Position numbers and translations under genes: made by a program. Below are positions 1-12,226 of a stretch of DNA of 64,000 nucleotides, in pieces (the stretch's first letter is position 1; every line of letters starts with the position of its first letter). Below the pieces are notes generated by a model. The model saw only the letters and a program-made list of their open reading frames with translations. It had not been told where the DNA came from and did not search any database. The stretch lies in the NCBI RefSeq assembly GCF_009914755.1, contig NC_060945.1; one strand, given 5' to 3'. This stretch comes from the human T2T-CHM13v2.0 reference genome, Homo sapiens.

Positions 1-1619
1 ACATATTGGTCTGCATTGCTGTTACATTCCAAGAGTAATTCTTAAAATGTTCGTCGTGTGCATCTTTGACTTCATAATAAATACTTTAAATTATTATAAT
101 GCATGTTTGTGAATTTCTAGTTTTGTAAGGCAGAGTGCTAGAAATGTTTCTTAACAATTTGTAATAACTCACTTTATAATCTCTAATAAAAATAATGAAT
201 AATTGCAATGCATATCTCTAGAAATAAAATTTCTCTGGACTATATATTTGGAACGAACATTTTAGCTTCTTACATTGTGTATTTTAGAGGTTAAAATATG
301 GAAACGATCACATATCACACATTTAAATTTAAGTAGCCTATGCAATTAATACTGGAATTAAGTGCTATGTTATAATATTAATTTTTTAGGTACAAGTGAC
401 CAATATTATGAAATTATTTTTATTTTTAAATTTTATTTAGAATTGGGGTTATATGTGCTTGTATGTTACATATAGTGCTTACTTGTGGTGTTTGAGCTTC
501 TAAGTGTACCAACAATGAAAATATTGAACATTGTACCTGATAGGTAATTTTTCAACACTCGCCTCTTTTCCACCCTTCCGTCTTTTGGAGTCCCTATTGT
601 CTATTAGTTCTATCTTTATGTCCATGTGTATGCATTATTTAGCTCCCACTTATAAGTAAAAGCATATGATATTTGGTTTTCCATTTCTAAGTTAGTTTCT
701 AAGTTAGTTCACTTAGGATATTGGCCTCTATTCCAACTATGTTGCTGCAAAAAACATGATTACATTCTTTTTTATGACTGCAAAGCATTCCATAGTGTAC
801 ATATATCACATTTTTAAAATTCCAGTCAAACATTAATGGACACTTAGTTTGGTTCCATGACTTTGTTATTGTGAATAGTGCTGCAATGTACAAATTAGTA
901 CAGGTGTCTTTTCAGTATAATGATTTCTTTTCTTCTGGGTAAGAAAATCTCACTACCCAGTAGTGGGATTTTTGGGCCAAATGGTAGTTCTACTTTTAGT
1001 TGTTTGAGAAATGTCGAAACTGTTTTCCCTAGAAGTTGAACTAATTTATATTTCTACCAACAATATATAAAAGTTCCCTTTTCTCTGCATACACATCAAT
1101 GTTCCCTTTTCTCTGCATACACACCAACACCTGTTTTTTGACTTTTTAGTAATAGCCATTCTGACTGGTGTAAGATGATATTGCAATATGGTTTTAATTT
1201 CATTTCTCTGATGATCAGTGATATTGAGCATTTTTTCATGTGTTTGTTGGCCACTTGTATTTCTTCCTTTGAGAGGTGTTGCTCATGTCCTTTACCCAGC
1301 TTTTAATGGGACTGTTTGCTTGTTTTTTTTGAATTGAGTTCCTCATAGATTCTGATTATTAGTCCTCTGTCAGAGGCATAATTTGCAAATATTTTCTCCC
1401 ATTCTGTAGGTTGCCTGTTTACTCTGCTGATTATTTATTCTGCTATATAGAAGCTTTTTAGTTTAATTAAGTCTCATTTGTCTATTTTTGTTTTTGTTGC
1501 ATTTGTTTTTGAGGTCTTCATCATAAATTCTTTGCCTAAGCCAATGTCCAGAAAAGATTTTCTAATTTTTTTCTAGTATTTTTATAGGTTCAGGTATTAA
1601 ATTTATGTCTTTAAACCAT

Positions 1620-1980
1620 TGATATAGTTTGGCTATGTCCTCACTCAAATCTCATCTTGAATTGTATCTCCTATAATCCCCACGTGTCTTGGGAAGGACC
1701 CGGTGGGAGGTAATTGAATCATGAGGGTAGGTCTTTCCTGCGCCATTCTCATGATAGTAAGTCTCACGGGATCTGATGGTTTTATAGAGGGAGTTTCCCT
1801 GCACATGCTCTCTCTTGCCTGCTGCCATGTGAGATGTCTCTTTGCTCTTCCTTCGTCTTCCATCATGACTGTGAGGCCTCCTCAGCCATGTGGAAAAATT
1901 AGTCCGTTAAATCTCTTTTCTTTATAAATTACCCGGTCTCGGGTATTTCTGTATTAGCAGCATGAAAACAGACTAATATG
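1620..1980 (+). mobile_element. THE1 (MaLR) solo LTR inserted in L1 ORF2
   Basis: Starts TGATATAGTTTGGCT and ends GACTAATATG. 5-bp TSD ACCAT (1615-1619) / TCCAT (1981-1985). L1 resumes on both sides. Confidence 0.93.
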
Positions 1981-4900
1981 TCCATATTGAATTAATTTTT
2001 GTATGTGATGAGAGATAGGTGGTCCAGTTTCATTCTTCTGCATATGACTAGCCAGCTATTCCAGTACCATTTATTGAACAGGATGCTCTTTCTCTATCAT
2101 TTATTTTTGTCAATTTTGTCAAAGATCAGTGGGTTGTAGATATGTGGCTTTATATTGGGTTATCTATTCTGTTCTATTGATCTGTGTACCTATTTTATAC
2201 CAGTATCATGCTCTTTTAGTTACTGTAGCCTTGAGGTAAAATTTGAAGTCCAGCAGTAAAGTCAGGCAAATCTAGATGCCTTCAGATTTGTTTTTTTTGC
2301 TTAGGATTGTTTTGGCTATTGGGGGTCTTTTTGGTTACATATGAAATTTAGATTTTTTCCCCCAATTTCATGAAGGATGATGTTGGTAATTTGATAGAGA
2401 TTGCATTGAATCTGTGGAATCCTTTGGGTAGTATGACCATTTTAATGACATTGATTCTTCAAATCCATGAGAATGGAATATTTTTTATTGTGTCATCTAT
2501 GATTTATTTCATCATTGTTTTATAGTTCTTCCTTAGAGATTTTTCACCTCCTTGGTTAAATGTATTTCTAGGTTGTTGTTGTTTTGTGGCTGTTGTAAAT
2601 GGAATTGAGTTCTTGATTTGGTTTTCAGCTTGAATGTTATTGGTGTATAGAAATGCAACTGATTTTACGTTGATTTTGTGTCCTGAAACTTGACTGATTT
2701 TATTTAAGTCTAGGAGTCCTTTGGATATATCTTTAGAGTTTTTTGCTTGTATGATTATGTCTTCAGTGAACAGAGATAATTTGACTTGTTCCTGTCCAAT
2801 TTGGATGCTTTTTATTTTTGTCTCTTACCTGATTGCTCTAATAACTGCAGTACTGTGTTGAATAGCAGTGGTGAGAGGAGACATCCTTGTCTTGTTCTGG
2901 TTCTTAAGGGGAATGCTTTCAGCTTTCCCCTATTCTATATAATGTTGGCTGTGGATTTGTCATAGATGGCTCTTACTATTTTGAGGTATGTTTCTTCAAT
3001 GCCTAGTTTGTTGATGATTTTTATCATGAAGGAATGCTGAATTTTATTAAATGCTTTTTCTGTTTCTATTGAGGTGGTCATATGGTTTTTGTTTTTAGTT
3101 TTGTTTATGTGATGAATCACATTGATTGATTTCTGGATGTTGAACCATTCTTGCATTGCTGGAATAAAACTCACTTGATTGTGAAGAATTATCTTTTTGA
3201 TATGCTGTTGCATTCAGTTTGCTAGAATTTTATTGAGGATTTTTGCATTGATATTCATCTAGAATATTGGCCTGTGGTATTTTTGTTGTTGTTCTTTTGC
3301 CCTTGCCTGATTTTGGTTATAAGGGTGATACTGATTTTGTGGAATGAGTTAGGGAGTAATCGCTCCTCCTTAGTCTTTTTTTTTTTTTTTTTTTTTTGAA
3401 TAATTTCAGTAAGATTGGTACCAACTCTTCTTTGAACATCTGGTAAAATGCAGCTGTGAATCTGTCTGGTCCTGGGCTGTTGTTGTTGTTGTTGTTGAAA
3501 GATTTTTTATTTCTTATTCTATTTAATTACACATTATTGGTCAGTTCAGGATTTATGTTTCTTCCTGGTTCAATTGTGGAGGGTCATGTTTCCAGGAATT
3601 TATCTATTTCCTCTAGGCTTTCTATTTTGTGTGCATAGAGGTGTTCATAACAGTCTGGAAATCCTTTGCATTTCTGTGGTATCAGTTGTAATGTCCCCTT
3701 CCTTATTTCTGATTTTACTTATTTGAATCTTCTCTCATTTTTTCTTGGCTATGCTAGCTAACCATATGTCAATTTTTCTTATCTTTTCATAAAAACACCT
3801 TTTTGTTTTATTAATCCATTGTATCAATTTATTAGTCTCAACCTCATTTAGTTCTGCTCTTTATTATTTCTTCTGATAGTTTTGGGTTTGGATTATTCTT
3901 GTTTTTATAGTTTCTATAGTTTATAATGTGGATCAACATTAGGTTGTTAATTTGGGATCTTTCTATCTTTTTGATGTGGGCATTTAATGCCATAAACTTT
4001 ACTCTTAGTACTTCTTTTGGTGTATCTCAGAAGTTTTGGTATGTTGTTGTCTCTATTTTCATTCACTTCAAGGAATTTTTTTATTTCTGTCTTAACTTCA
4101 TTGTTTGCAGAAAAGTCATTCAGGAGCAACCTTCCTTGTACTTGTGTAGTTTTGAAACTTCCTCTTAGTATTAATTTCTAATTTTATTAAACTGTGGTTG
4201 AGGAAGATACTTAATATGATTTAGATTTTTTGAAAATTTATTGGTACTTGCTTTATGGCCCAAATATATGGTTGATTTTTGAGAATGTTCCTTGTGGAGG
4301 TGGGAAGAATGTATATTCTGTGGTTGTTGGATAGAATGTTATTTAAATGTCTATTAGGTCCATTTGGTCTATAGTACAGTTTAATCCATAGTTTCTTTGT
4401 TGATGTTCTGCCTCAATGTTCTGTCTAGTGATGTCATTGGGATGTTAAAGTCCTCCCTTATTGTATTCCTATCAATACAATAGTGTTTTCTTAGATGTAG
4501 TAGTATTTGCTTCATGAACCTGGGTGCTCTGGGGTTGGGTACATATGTATTTAAGATATTTAAATTTTCTTGTTGTATTGAACCCTTTATCATTATATAA
4601 TACCCTTCTTTGTCTTATTTTTCTGTTGTTGGTTTAAAGCCTGTTTAATCTGAAATAAGAGTGGCTACTCCTGCTCACTTTTGTTTTCTGTTTATATATC
4701 TTTTTTCTTCTAATTTACTTTGAGTCTGCAGCTGCCTTTAGCCAGTAAGTGAGCCTCTTACATGCAGCAGATGGTTGAGTTCTGGAATTTTTGTTTGTTT
4801 TCTTTGTTTTGTCTTCTTTTGTTTTGTTTTTTACAGTTTCCACTCTATGTTTTTAGAGTAGAGCATTCAAGTCATTTATATTCAAGGATAATGTTGATAG

Positions 4901-6563
4901 GTGAGATTTTATGTTTATCATAGTGTTGTTAGCTAGTTGCCTTGTGGTTTCATTGTGTAGTTGCTTTATGTTATCTGTGAGCTTTGTATTTCTGTCATCT
5001 TTTATGATGGTGTGGGTCATTCTTTCATTTCCATGTGTAGACTGCACATTTGTTGGTGGTCTGGTCTAGTGGTGACAAATTCCCTTGGTGTTTCTTTGTC
5101 GGGGAAAGGTTATATTTCTCCTTAATTTATGAAGCTTAGTTTGGCAGAACACAAAATTCCTGGCTGGCTTTTTTGTTTCTTTAAGTGGGCTAAAAATAGG
5201 CTCTTAATGTCTTCTGGATTATAGGGTTTCTGCTGAGATTTCTGCTGTTAGTATAATAGGATTTCAAAATGATTAGACCCCTCTCTTGATGCTCTTAGAG
5301 TGTTTTTTTTCCCCTCTCATTGACTTTGGATAGTCTGATGACTATATACATTGGTGAAGTTCTTGCAATGTATCTCTAGGAATTCTCTGAGCTTCTGGTA
5401 TCTGAATGTCTAAATCTGTCCCAAGACTAGGGAAGTTTTCTTAAATTATTTCCTCAAATAGGTTTTTCATACATTCTTCTTCTTCTTTGTTTTCTTCTTC
5501 CTCTGTCATTATGTAATTATGTATAACTTGTAGGTTTGGATGTTTTACATAATCTCATATATCCTGAAGTCTTTGTTTATTTAAAATTTTTTTAAATTGT
5601 TTCTCACTGTTAATTTGAAAGACCTGTCTTCTAACTCTATAATTCTTCTTCCACTTGGTCTAGCCTATTGTTAAAATTTTCAGCTGTATTTTGTAACTAT
5701 TTCAAAATTTTTTTTACTTCTAGAAATTCTTTTTATTTTTTAACGATGCCTGTCTCCTTTTCCATGTCCTGAATTTTTTCTCTGATTTCTTTATGTTGGT
5801 TTTAGTTTTCTCTTGGATCTCAATTATTTTCTTTAAAATCAGTATTTTGAATTCTTTATCTGTTATTTCAAAGATTTCATTTTGTTTGAGATCCATTGCT
5901 AGAGAGTTACTGCTTCACTTTGGGGGTGTTGTAACACTGTTTTTTCCTATACTTTTGGAGTTTTTTCTCTTGTTCTTTTACATCTGGATAAGCTGTCTCT
6001 CCTTCATATTTTTTGATTTTGCTTTACTTTGGAAAGGACTTTTTCCCTTCTTGAGGAGGTGTCTACAATGTATGATGTTGTATAGGGTCCTTTTACTTTG
6101 TTTCTGGGAGTTTTCAGTGGTAAAGAGTCTGGAAAAACTCCTTAGTTATTGAAGCCTTTCTATGGTGGCTTTCTCAAATGTTTGTTGTAGTAGCAATGTG
6201 TTAGGCATGTGAGTAGGCTCAGGAAGCTTATCACATTTTCCAGAGCTATGCATTTGTGTCAGCAGATTTCCTCTTGTTTTGTGGGGTTCAACCTCCATGC
6301 CAGTGGGTGGTGCTGTAGTGTTAGAACTGGCTGCAGCCAATCGGGATGGGTATACACTAATACTTGATCCTTGTTTACTATGGGAAGCTCTGTGTTACCC
6401 AAGACAATGGGTTGAACTGTGGAATTCACAGGGTTCTGAGCTCCCTACTTATCTCCAGAGTGGGGGACCAAGGTAGGCAGGGCCCGACTGGACAGGCCTG
6501 CCTCATGTCTCATAATGGCAGGCACAAGCACCAGCTGTGTTGGGGGATTCTAGTGCACAGCCA

Positions 6564-7392
6564 CCAAATGCCCACAAGTGTGCCTAGGCATGGAGTTGGA
6601 AAACCTCCACTGCCCCAAGTTTTCTGCACAGGTAGGGGAGTATGGCCTAAACACAACATCAAGAAGAGTGGGTACTCCAAATTCCTGGAGATATATCTGG
6701 GCTTTCAGCACAGAAAGCTCCACTGCACCAAGATCTCTGCACCTGAAGGGAGAGGTGGCTCAGGCTCCAAATTTGGGCAAGTGGATGTACCAAATGCCTG
6801 GAAACATGCCCCAGGAATGCAGAGTACATAAACTGTGGTTGCAAGAAGGTCTTTGCAGGAAAAAAGGGGAGGGGGTGGCTTGAGTGCCTACTGTAGGGGA
6901 GCAGGTGTGCCTCATGCCAGGTAATACACCCAGAGAAGGAATAGAGAAACTGCTGCCACAGCAAGGTCTGCATGAGAAGGGAGGGATAGATTGTACTCCT
7001 AATCTGTGAGAGTGGGCATGCCAAATGCCTGGAGTTCTATCTGAGTGTGGAGCAGAGGGAGTACTGCTCTACGACGTTCTTTTAGCAGAAAGGGGATGGC
7101 AGCTCAAGCTCTTATTCTCAGGGGGCAGATGCACCAAAGCCCTGGAGCTATGTCTGGGCATGGAGCAGAGAGTTTGCTGCTGCACCAAGATCTCTTCATG
7201 AGAAGGGAGGAATGTCTCAGGCTCCTATCCAGCTGTACAAGTGTTCTAAATGCCTGGGACTGTGTCCTGGTGAGGAGTGGAAAAGTCGTCATTGTACAAG
7301 TTCTTTGCAGGGGAAGGAAGAGGCAGCTTAGGCCACTAGTCTGGGACAAAGGGTGTTTTGATTGCTTGGAAATATGTCCTCTGGCGAGGAGT
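6564..7392 (-). repeat. Diverged tandem array of ~113-bp monomers (about 7 full units plus a partial eighth) in the L1 5'UTR
   Basis: CCAAATGCCTGG-like anchor recurs at 6564, 6677, 6790, 6910, 7021, 7134, 7246 and 7358, followed in the complete units by ...GCACCAAGATCTCTGCAC..GAAGGGAG..GCTCAGGCTCC-like text. Confidence 0.85.
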
Positions 7393-8588
7393 GGAACTCT
7401 CCATGAGGCCATCGGTGCGGGCTGGGGGAAAGAAGGCAGGGTGGCAGGAGTGGAGACCATGGGTATTTGAACCACTTCCTCATGTAACATACTTGTGCCT
7501 TCAGGACTTGTTTGAGCCCGATAATATATATACCACTTCCATTTGATGATGGAATGCTGTTGTGCATGACCCACTTTATGGCTAGATCGGTCAGAAAGCA
7601 CCCAGTTCACGACAGGCAGTTCAGGTCACATGGTGACTTGATGACCCACAGTCAAATATACAGTTTCCACCAAAGCCCAGTAACAGGCCAAGAGCTGTCT
7701 CTCAAAAAAGAGAGTAGTTATCTGCAGAAGATGGCAGGGTCTTGCTCCAAAATCCTAGAGGCCTCCACTGTGTTTCACCTATAGGGGCCTGCCAAAGGCT
7801 CCAAACAGCATCCCTATCTTCCACTGACACCTCAAGCACCATTGGATATGCTGGGTCATATGACCCAAGTGTCAGAGCAGCTTGCACAGCAGCCTGGACC
7901 TGTTGCAGAGCATTCTCCTGTTTCTGACCCCACTCAAACTGGCAGCCTCTTGGGTCACACCATCAATGGGCTGGAGTAACACACCCAAATGAAGAATGTG
8001 TTGCCTCCAAAATCCAGATAGGCACACTAGGTGTTGTGCCTGTTTCTTAGTTGTAGGAGGGGCCAAATGCAGCAACTTCTCCTTCACCTTAAAAGGAATA
8101 TCTCAACAGGTCCCACACCACTGGATCCCTAGAAATGTTACTGAGGTTGAAAGTCCTTCAGTTTTAGTCGGATTTATTTCCCATCCTCTGGCATGCAAAT
8201 GTCTCACCAATAAGTCCAGTGTGTTTGCTACTACTTCTTGCTTACTGGATCCAGTCAGCAAAATGCCATCAATGTAATGGATCAGTGTGATATCTTCATC
8301 AAAGCAAAAAGCAATCAAGGTCTCTCTGAATAAGATTATGACACAAAGGTGGAGAGTTGATATACCACTGAGGTGGGACAGTAAAGGTATATTGCTGGCC
8401 TTGCCAGCTGAAGGCAAATTGCTTCTATTGGGCCTTATGGACAGGAACGGAGAAAAAGGCATTTGCCAAGTCAATGGCTGCATACCAAGTACCAGGAGAT
8501 GTGGTAATTTGCTCAAGCAATGAAACCACATCTGGTAGGGCAGCTGTAATTGGAGTCATCTCTTGGTTAAGCTTACGATAATCCACTG

Positions 8589-9083
8589 TCATTCTCCAAG
8601 ATCCATCTGTCTTCTGCACAGGCCAAATAGGAGAGTTGTGGGAATCACCACCCCTGCATCTTCCAAGTCCTTGATGGTGGCAGTAATCTTCACAATTCCT
8701 TCAGGAATGTGACATTGTTTTTGACTTACTATTTTTCTAGATAGAGGCGGCTCTAGTGGCTTCAATTTGGCCTTTCCCACCACAATAGCCCTCATCCTAC
8801 CAGTCATGGAGCCAATGTGGGGGTTCTGCCAGCTGCTAAGTATGTCTATGCCAATTATGCATTCGGCCACTGGGAAAATGACCACAGGATGAGACCAGGG
8901 ACCCACTGCACCCACTGTAAGTTGGACCTGAGCTAAAACTCCATTAATTACCTGACCTCTATAAACACTTACTTTGTTTGGAGGACCACAATGATGTTTT
9001 GGGTCTCCTGGAATCAATGTCAGCTCAGAGCCAGTGTCCAGTAGTCCCCAAAATGTCTGATCATTTTCCTTTCCCCAGTGCAC
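8589..9083 (-). pseudogene. HERV-L aspartic protease remnant ORF (164 aa)
   Basis: DTG catalytic triad and CIIGIDIL motif in an open frame, while neighbouring gag and RT frames are disrupted. Confidence 0.8.
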
Positions 9084-10879
9084 AGTTATCCTGGTAAAAG
9101 GCTGGAGGCCACCTTGGGAGAAAGACTCACTGCATTAATTGTTGGTAATGTAGTGGGGTCCTTCCATAAGGAGGCCAGCCTCCCCTTCACTCAGGCCGTT
9201 CTGGGTCTGTAAACTGGCTCAAGTCTGGAAATTGATTGAGGGCTGGGATTCTCTTTTTGTAATTCAAATTAGTGTTTTGTCCACTCGATCTAGAAGTTTT
9301 CTGCTTGTATCAATTAGGTAGGAATGCAGTAGGTTTCATATCAATTTCACTTCTAGGAACACTGTGATTAATTAGTCAATGCCAGAGCTCTATATGAATC
9401 AGATTATTCTGATTGCTGCTTTGCCTCTGCTGTCCATTACAGTAGCTACACCCACCTTGCCTTTGATGGTTGAGTACTGACACTTGGCCCCTGCCACCTC
9501 GGGATCCAATTATTCACACTGTATTTAAATTTTGTAGTGAGTGACTGCAGTGCCCACCATTAGATCTGACCTACAGAGAAGAGAAATTATAGGGCTCCTC
9601 AAAGATGCAGGTGCTGCCCTCACTACTCTATTTTGCAAGGCATTGGTCAAGGTTATATCTTTTGGACCCTCTGAGCTGGGATGAGTAGGTCTAAATTGAC
9701 TGATCTACTCCACCATCCCAATCTCCCTAAGCTTTTGGATCCCCTCCCTCTATATTAAAACAAGGGAGATCAGGCATTTCCAGCTTGCTCACAGTGGGCC
9801 ATCTTTTAATCCATATTTCAGCTAACCAAGCCAATAAACTATTAGAACCTTTTTAACTCCCCAAGCTGCAACATTGAAAGCAGAGTCCCTACTTGGTGGG
9901 CCCAAATAAATGAATTCAGCCTTATCCAACTCTATGTTCCTTCCACCATTATCCCATACCCTTAATATCTACCCTCATGCCTGTTCTCCAGATTTCTGTT
10001 TATATAATTAAAGAAATCAAACAGTTCTTTTTGAGTGTAGCACACCTCCTCATGGGTCACACTCTCAACCTCACCTCTAGGGGCCTGCTGGGACTGTAGT
10101 TATAGGTCTAGAAGAAAACAGGGGTGTTGGGAGTGGCTCCTGAAGAGAATCAACATTTTGCCTGGCAACTGCCTCAGGGGAGGCCATCACTGTTCCCTCG
10201 GGCAGCGTAGGGTTTATCTCCTCAGACAAAGGTGGAAAGGATGATGGCAGCGTGGGTTGGGGAGGGGATGTTGCCACTACTAGAGATGGGGAAGCTGTTT
10301 CTTTTCACAAAAAAGGTTCATCAGGATTTACAAACTCAGTGGCCCCAGCTTCATCAGGGTCCTCCCACACATCCCCATTCCAAGTTTCGGGGTCCCATTC
10401 TTTTTCAGTCAATACCCTCTAGACACTTTAACAGTAGACACCTGGCGAGGTTGTGCATGAGTCTTTCATTGCAGTTCAGCCACTCTCATTCTAAGAACTT
10501 GTGTCTGTTTTCCCACAATTTCAGCTCTTTCTCTACAGGAGATAGAAGCTCTGAGTTCATCATTTTCTTTCATCACTTTGTCCACTGAACTTAGGAGCAA
10601 ACCATCAGCTTCATTATGTTCCTTGATTCTCCATATATGGTCAAAGGTATTATGCATAAAATCACTAAACTCCTTGCCTCTCACGAGCAGTGAATCAGGA
10701 GTATCAAATGCATTTATTTTGCATAGCTCTCTAAACAGTTCATGCCAAAGACTATCAGTGTTTTCCATACTATTAGTAGAGTCCTTAGCATTTTTCTGTC
10801 TAATCATATTAAGCAGCCACCTCCAGAAACCCAAAAACCAATGAAAGAACTCCATCCTTAATATTCTGTTCATCTAGAA

Positions 10880-10894
10880 CCACTCCTGGTATCA
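10880..10894 (-). promoter_or_regulatory. Primer binding site (tRNA-Leu type) of HERV-L
   Basis: Minus strand TGATACCAGGAGTGG, 5 nt inside the LTR. One mismatch to the complement of the tRNA-Leu 3' end CCACTCCTGGTACCA. Confidence 0.8.
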
Positions 10895-10899
10895 AAATC

Positions 10900-11327
10900 T
10901 GTATTAGTCAGGGTTCTCTAAAGGGACAGAATAGGAGATACATAAATGGGAGTTTCTTATCTATTAACTTACACGATCACAAAGTCCCACAATAGGCTGT
11001 CTGCAAGCTGAGGAGTAGAGAGTCAGTCCAAGGCCCAAAACTGAAGAACTTGGAGTCTGATGCCTGAGGGCAGGAAGCTGATCCAGCACGTGAGAAAGAT
11101 GTAGGCTGGGAGGCTAGGCCAGTCTCTCCTTTTCACGTTTTTCTGCCTGCTTTCTATTCGCTGGCAGCTGATTAGATTGTGCCCACCAGATTAAGAGTGG
11201 GTCTGACTTCCCCAACTCACTGTCTCAAATGTTAATCTCTTTTAGCAACACCCTCACAGACACACCCAGGATCAATGCTTTATATCCTTCAATCCAATCA
11301 AGTTGACACTCAGTATTAACCATCACA
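10900..11327 (-). mobile_element. MLT2A1-type 5' LTR of HERV-L
   Basis: Plus strand begins TGTATTAGTCAGGGTTCTCTA and ends CAGTATTAACCATCACA. It abuts the PBS and internal region. Confidence 0.93.
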
Positions 11328-12162
11328 GCATGCATAAGTGCAATGCGAACAACAAACTTTACATTCCAAAAAAATACAATTGAAAAAATATAGGGTCAAT
11401 TTGTATTCAAGCTTAGTAACATAGATTTTCAGTATAATCGTTTTTAAGTTTAATTATTTTAACATTTTAAATTCATGGAAGCGCATTAGGAAATATTTAC
11501 TTGTAAATGTAGGTTTTATTTATTTATTTTCCCTATTCATTTCTCAGAGGACCTGAAATAATTGTACTTTCATTCTAACTGCTGCCTTTCTTGCTAATGT
11601 TTAACTTTAAATGTAATCAATCATTTAGCCTAATCTTAAAAATATTTTTTATAAAAGTAATACATATTCATTGTAGAAAATGCATTTCTTTTATAAAACC
11701 ACATATTCCAGAAGGAGGAAACTAAAGCGAGATACAGCCGAAGTTGAAATGTTTGTGTTGCTAAAATCTTCTCTTAGTCAGACTTCATTGAACAAGCCAA
11801 ACAATTAACTTTTGTTTGAGGGTTTGCAATTAACAATAAGACCCTTCGAAAGTACTATGTCAACATTATTTCAGACAAAAGACCTCTTTCAATATTTCAC
11901 CTGACACAGTTTTACATTAATTCCACTTAGCAAATGTTGGTTGAGTATTGCCTATAAGCTTGGCACTCACTGATTTATCTAAAGTAATATTATTTTTCTC
12001 TATTGACTCATCTAAATTCCAATCTTTGTAAAATATGCTCATTGTAATTATTTAATTGGTTTTTACCTTCAAGGTAAATGTAAATTGTATCTTGAAAGAA
12101 TTCATTAAAAATGAAAATATGGCATATTATATTTGTTCCTCATATATTTTATAAACATATAA

Positions 12163-12226
12163 TTATCTATCATCTATCTTATCTATCTATCTATCTATCA
12201 TCTATCTATCCACCTACCTATCTATC
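12163..12226. repeat. (TATC)n imperfect microsatellite
   Basis: Direct reading of the sequence. Confidence 0.9.

Larger units (their letters stand above)
415..7392 (-). mobile_element. Near full-length, decayed LINE-1 (L1PB4/L1PA16-17-like 3' end)
   Basis: T-rich tail at ~415-440, then L1 3'UTR. ORF2 remnants in the ORF track (699-893, 1046-1231, 2935-3213 [18 protein letters not shown], 4381-4593 IKGSIQQENLNILNTYVP). ORF2 start region near 4880, ORF1 remnant ~4950-5900, GC-richer 5'UTR ~6000-7392. Many stops and frameshifts. Confidence 0.92.
7393..10899 (-). mobile_element. HERV-L internal region (gag-pro-RT-part of connection domain), 3' half missing
   Basis: gag-like ORF 10466-10873; protease LLDTGSELTLIPG (8589-9083); [19 protein letters not shown] and [11 protein letters not shown] (8425-8619), HYIDGILL (8103-8531); QWRPLGFWSK (7702-7887). 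The match ends at PAPMASW near 7393. Confidence 0.95.

Noticed and set aside
6279-7610. Dense overlapping 100-168 aa ORFs
   Set aside because: Explained by the higher GC content of the L1 5'UTR monomers; no recognisable domain except the HERV-L part.
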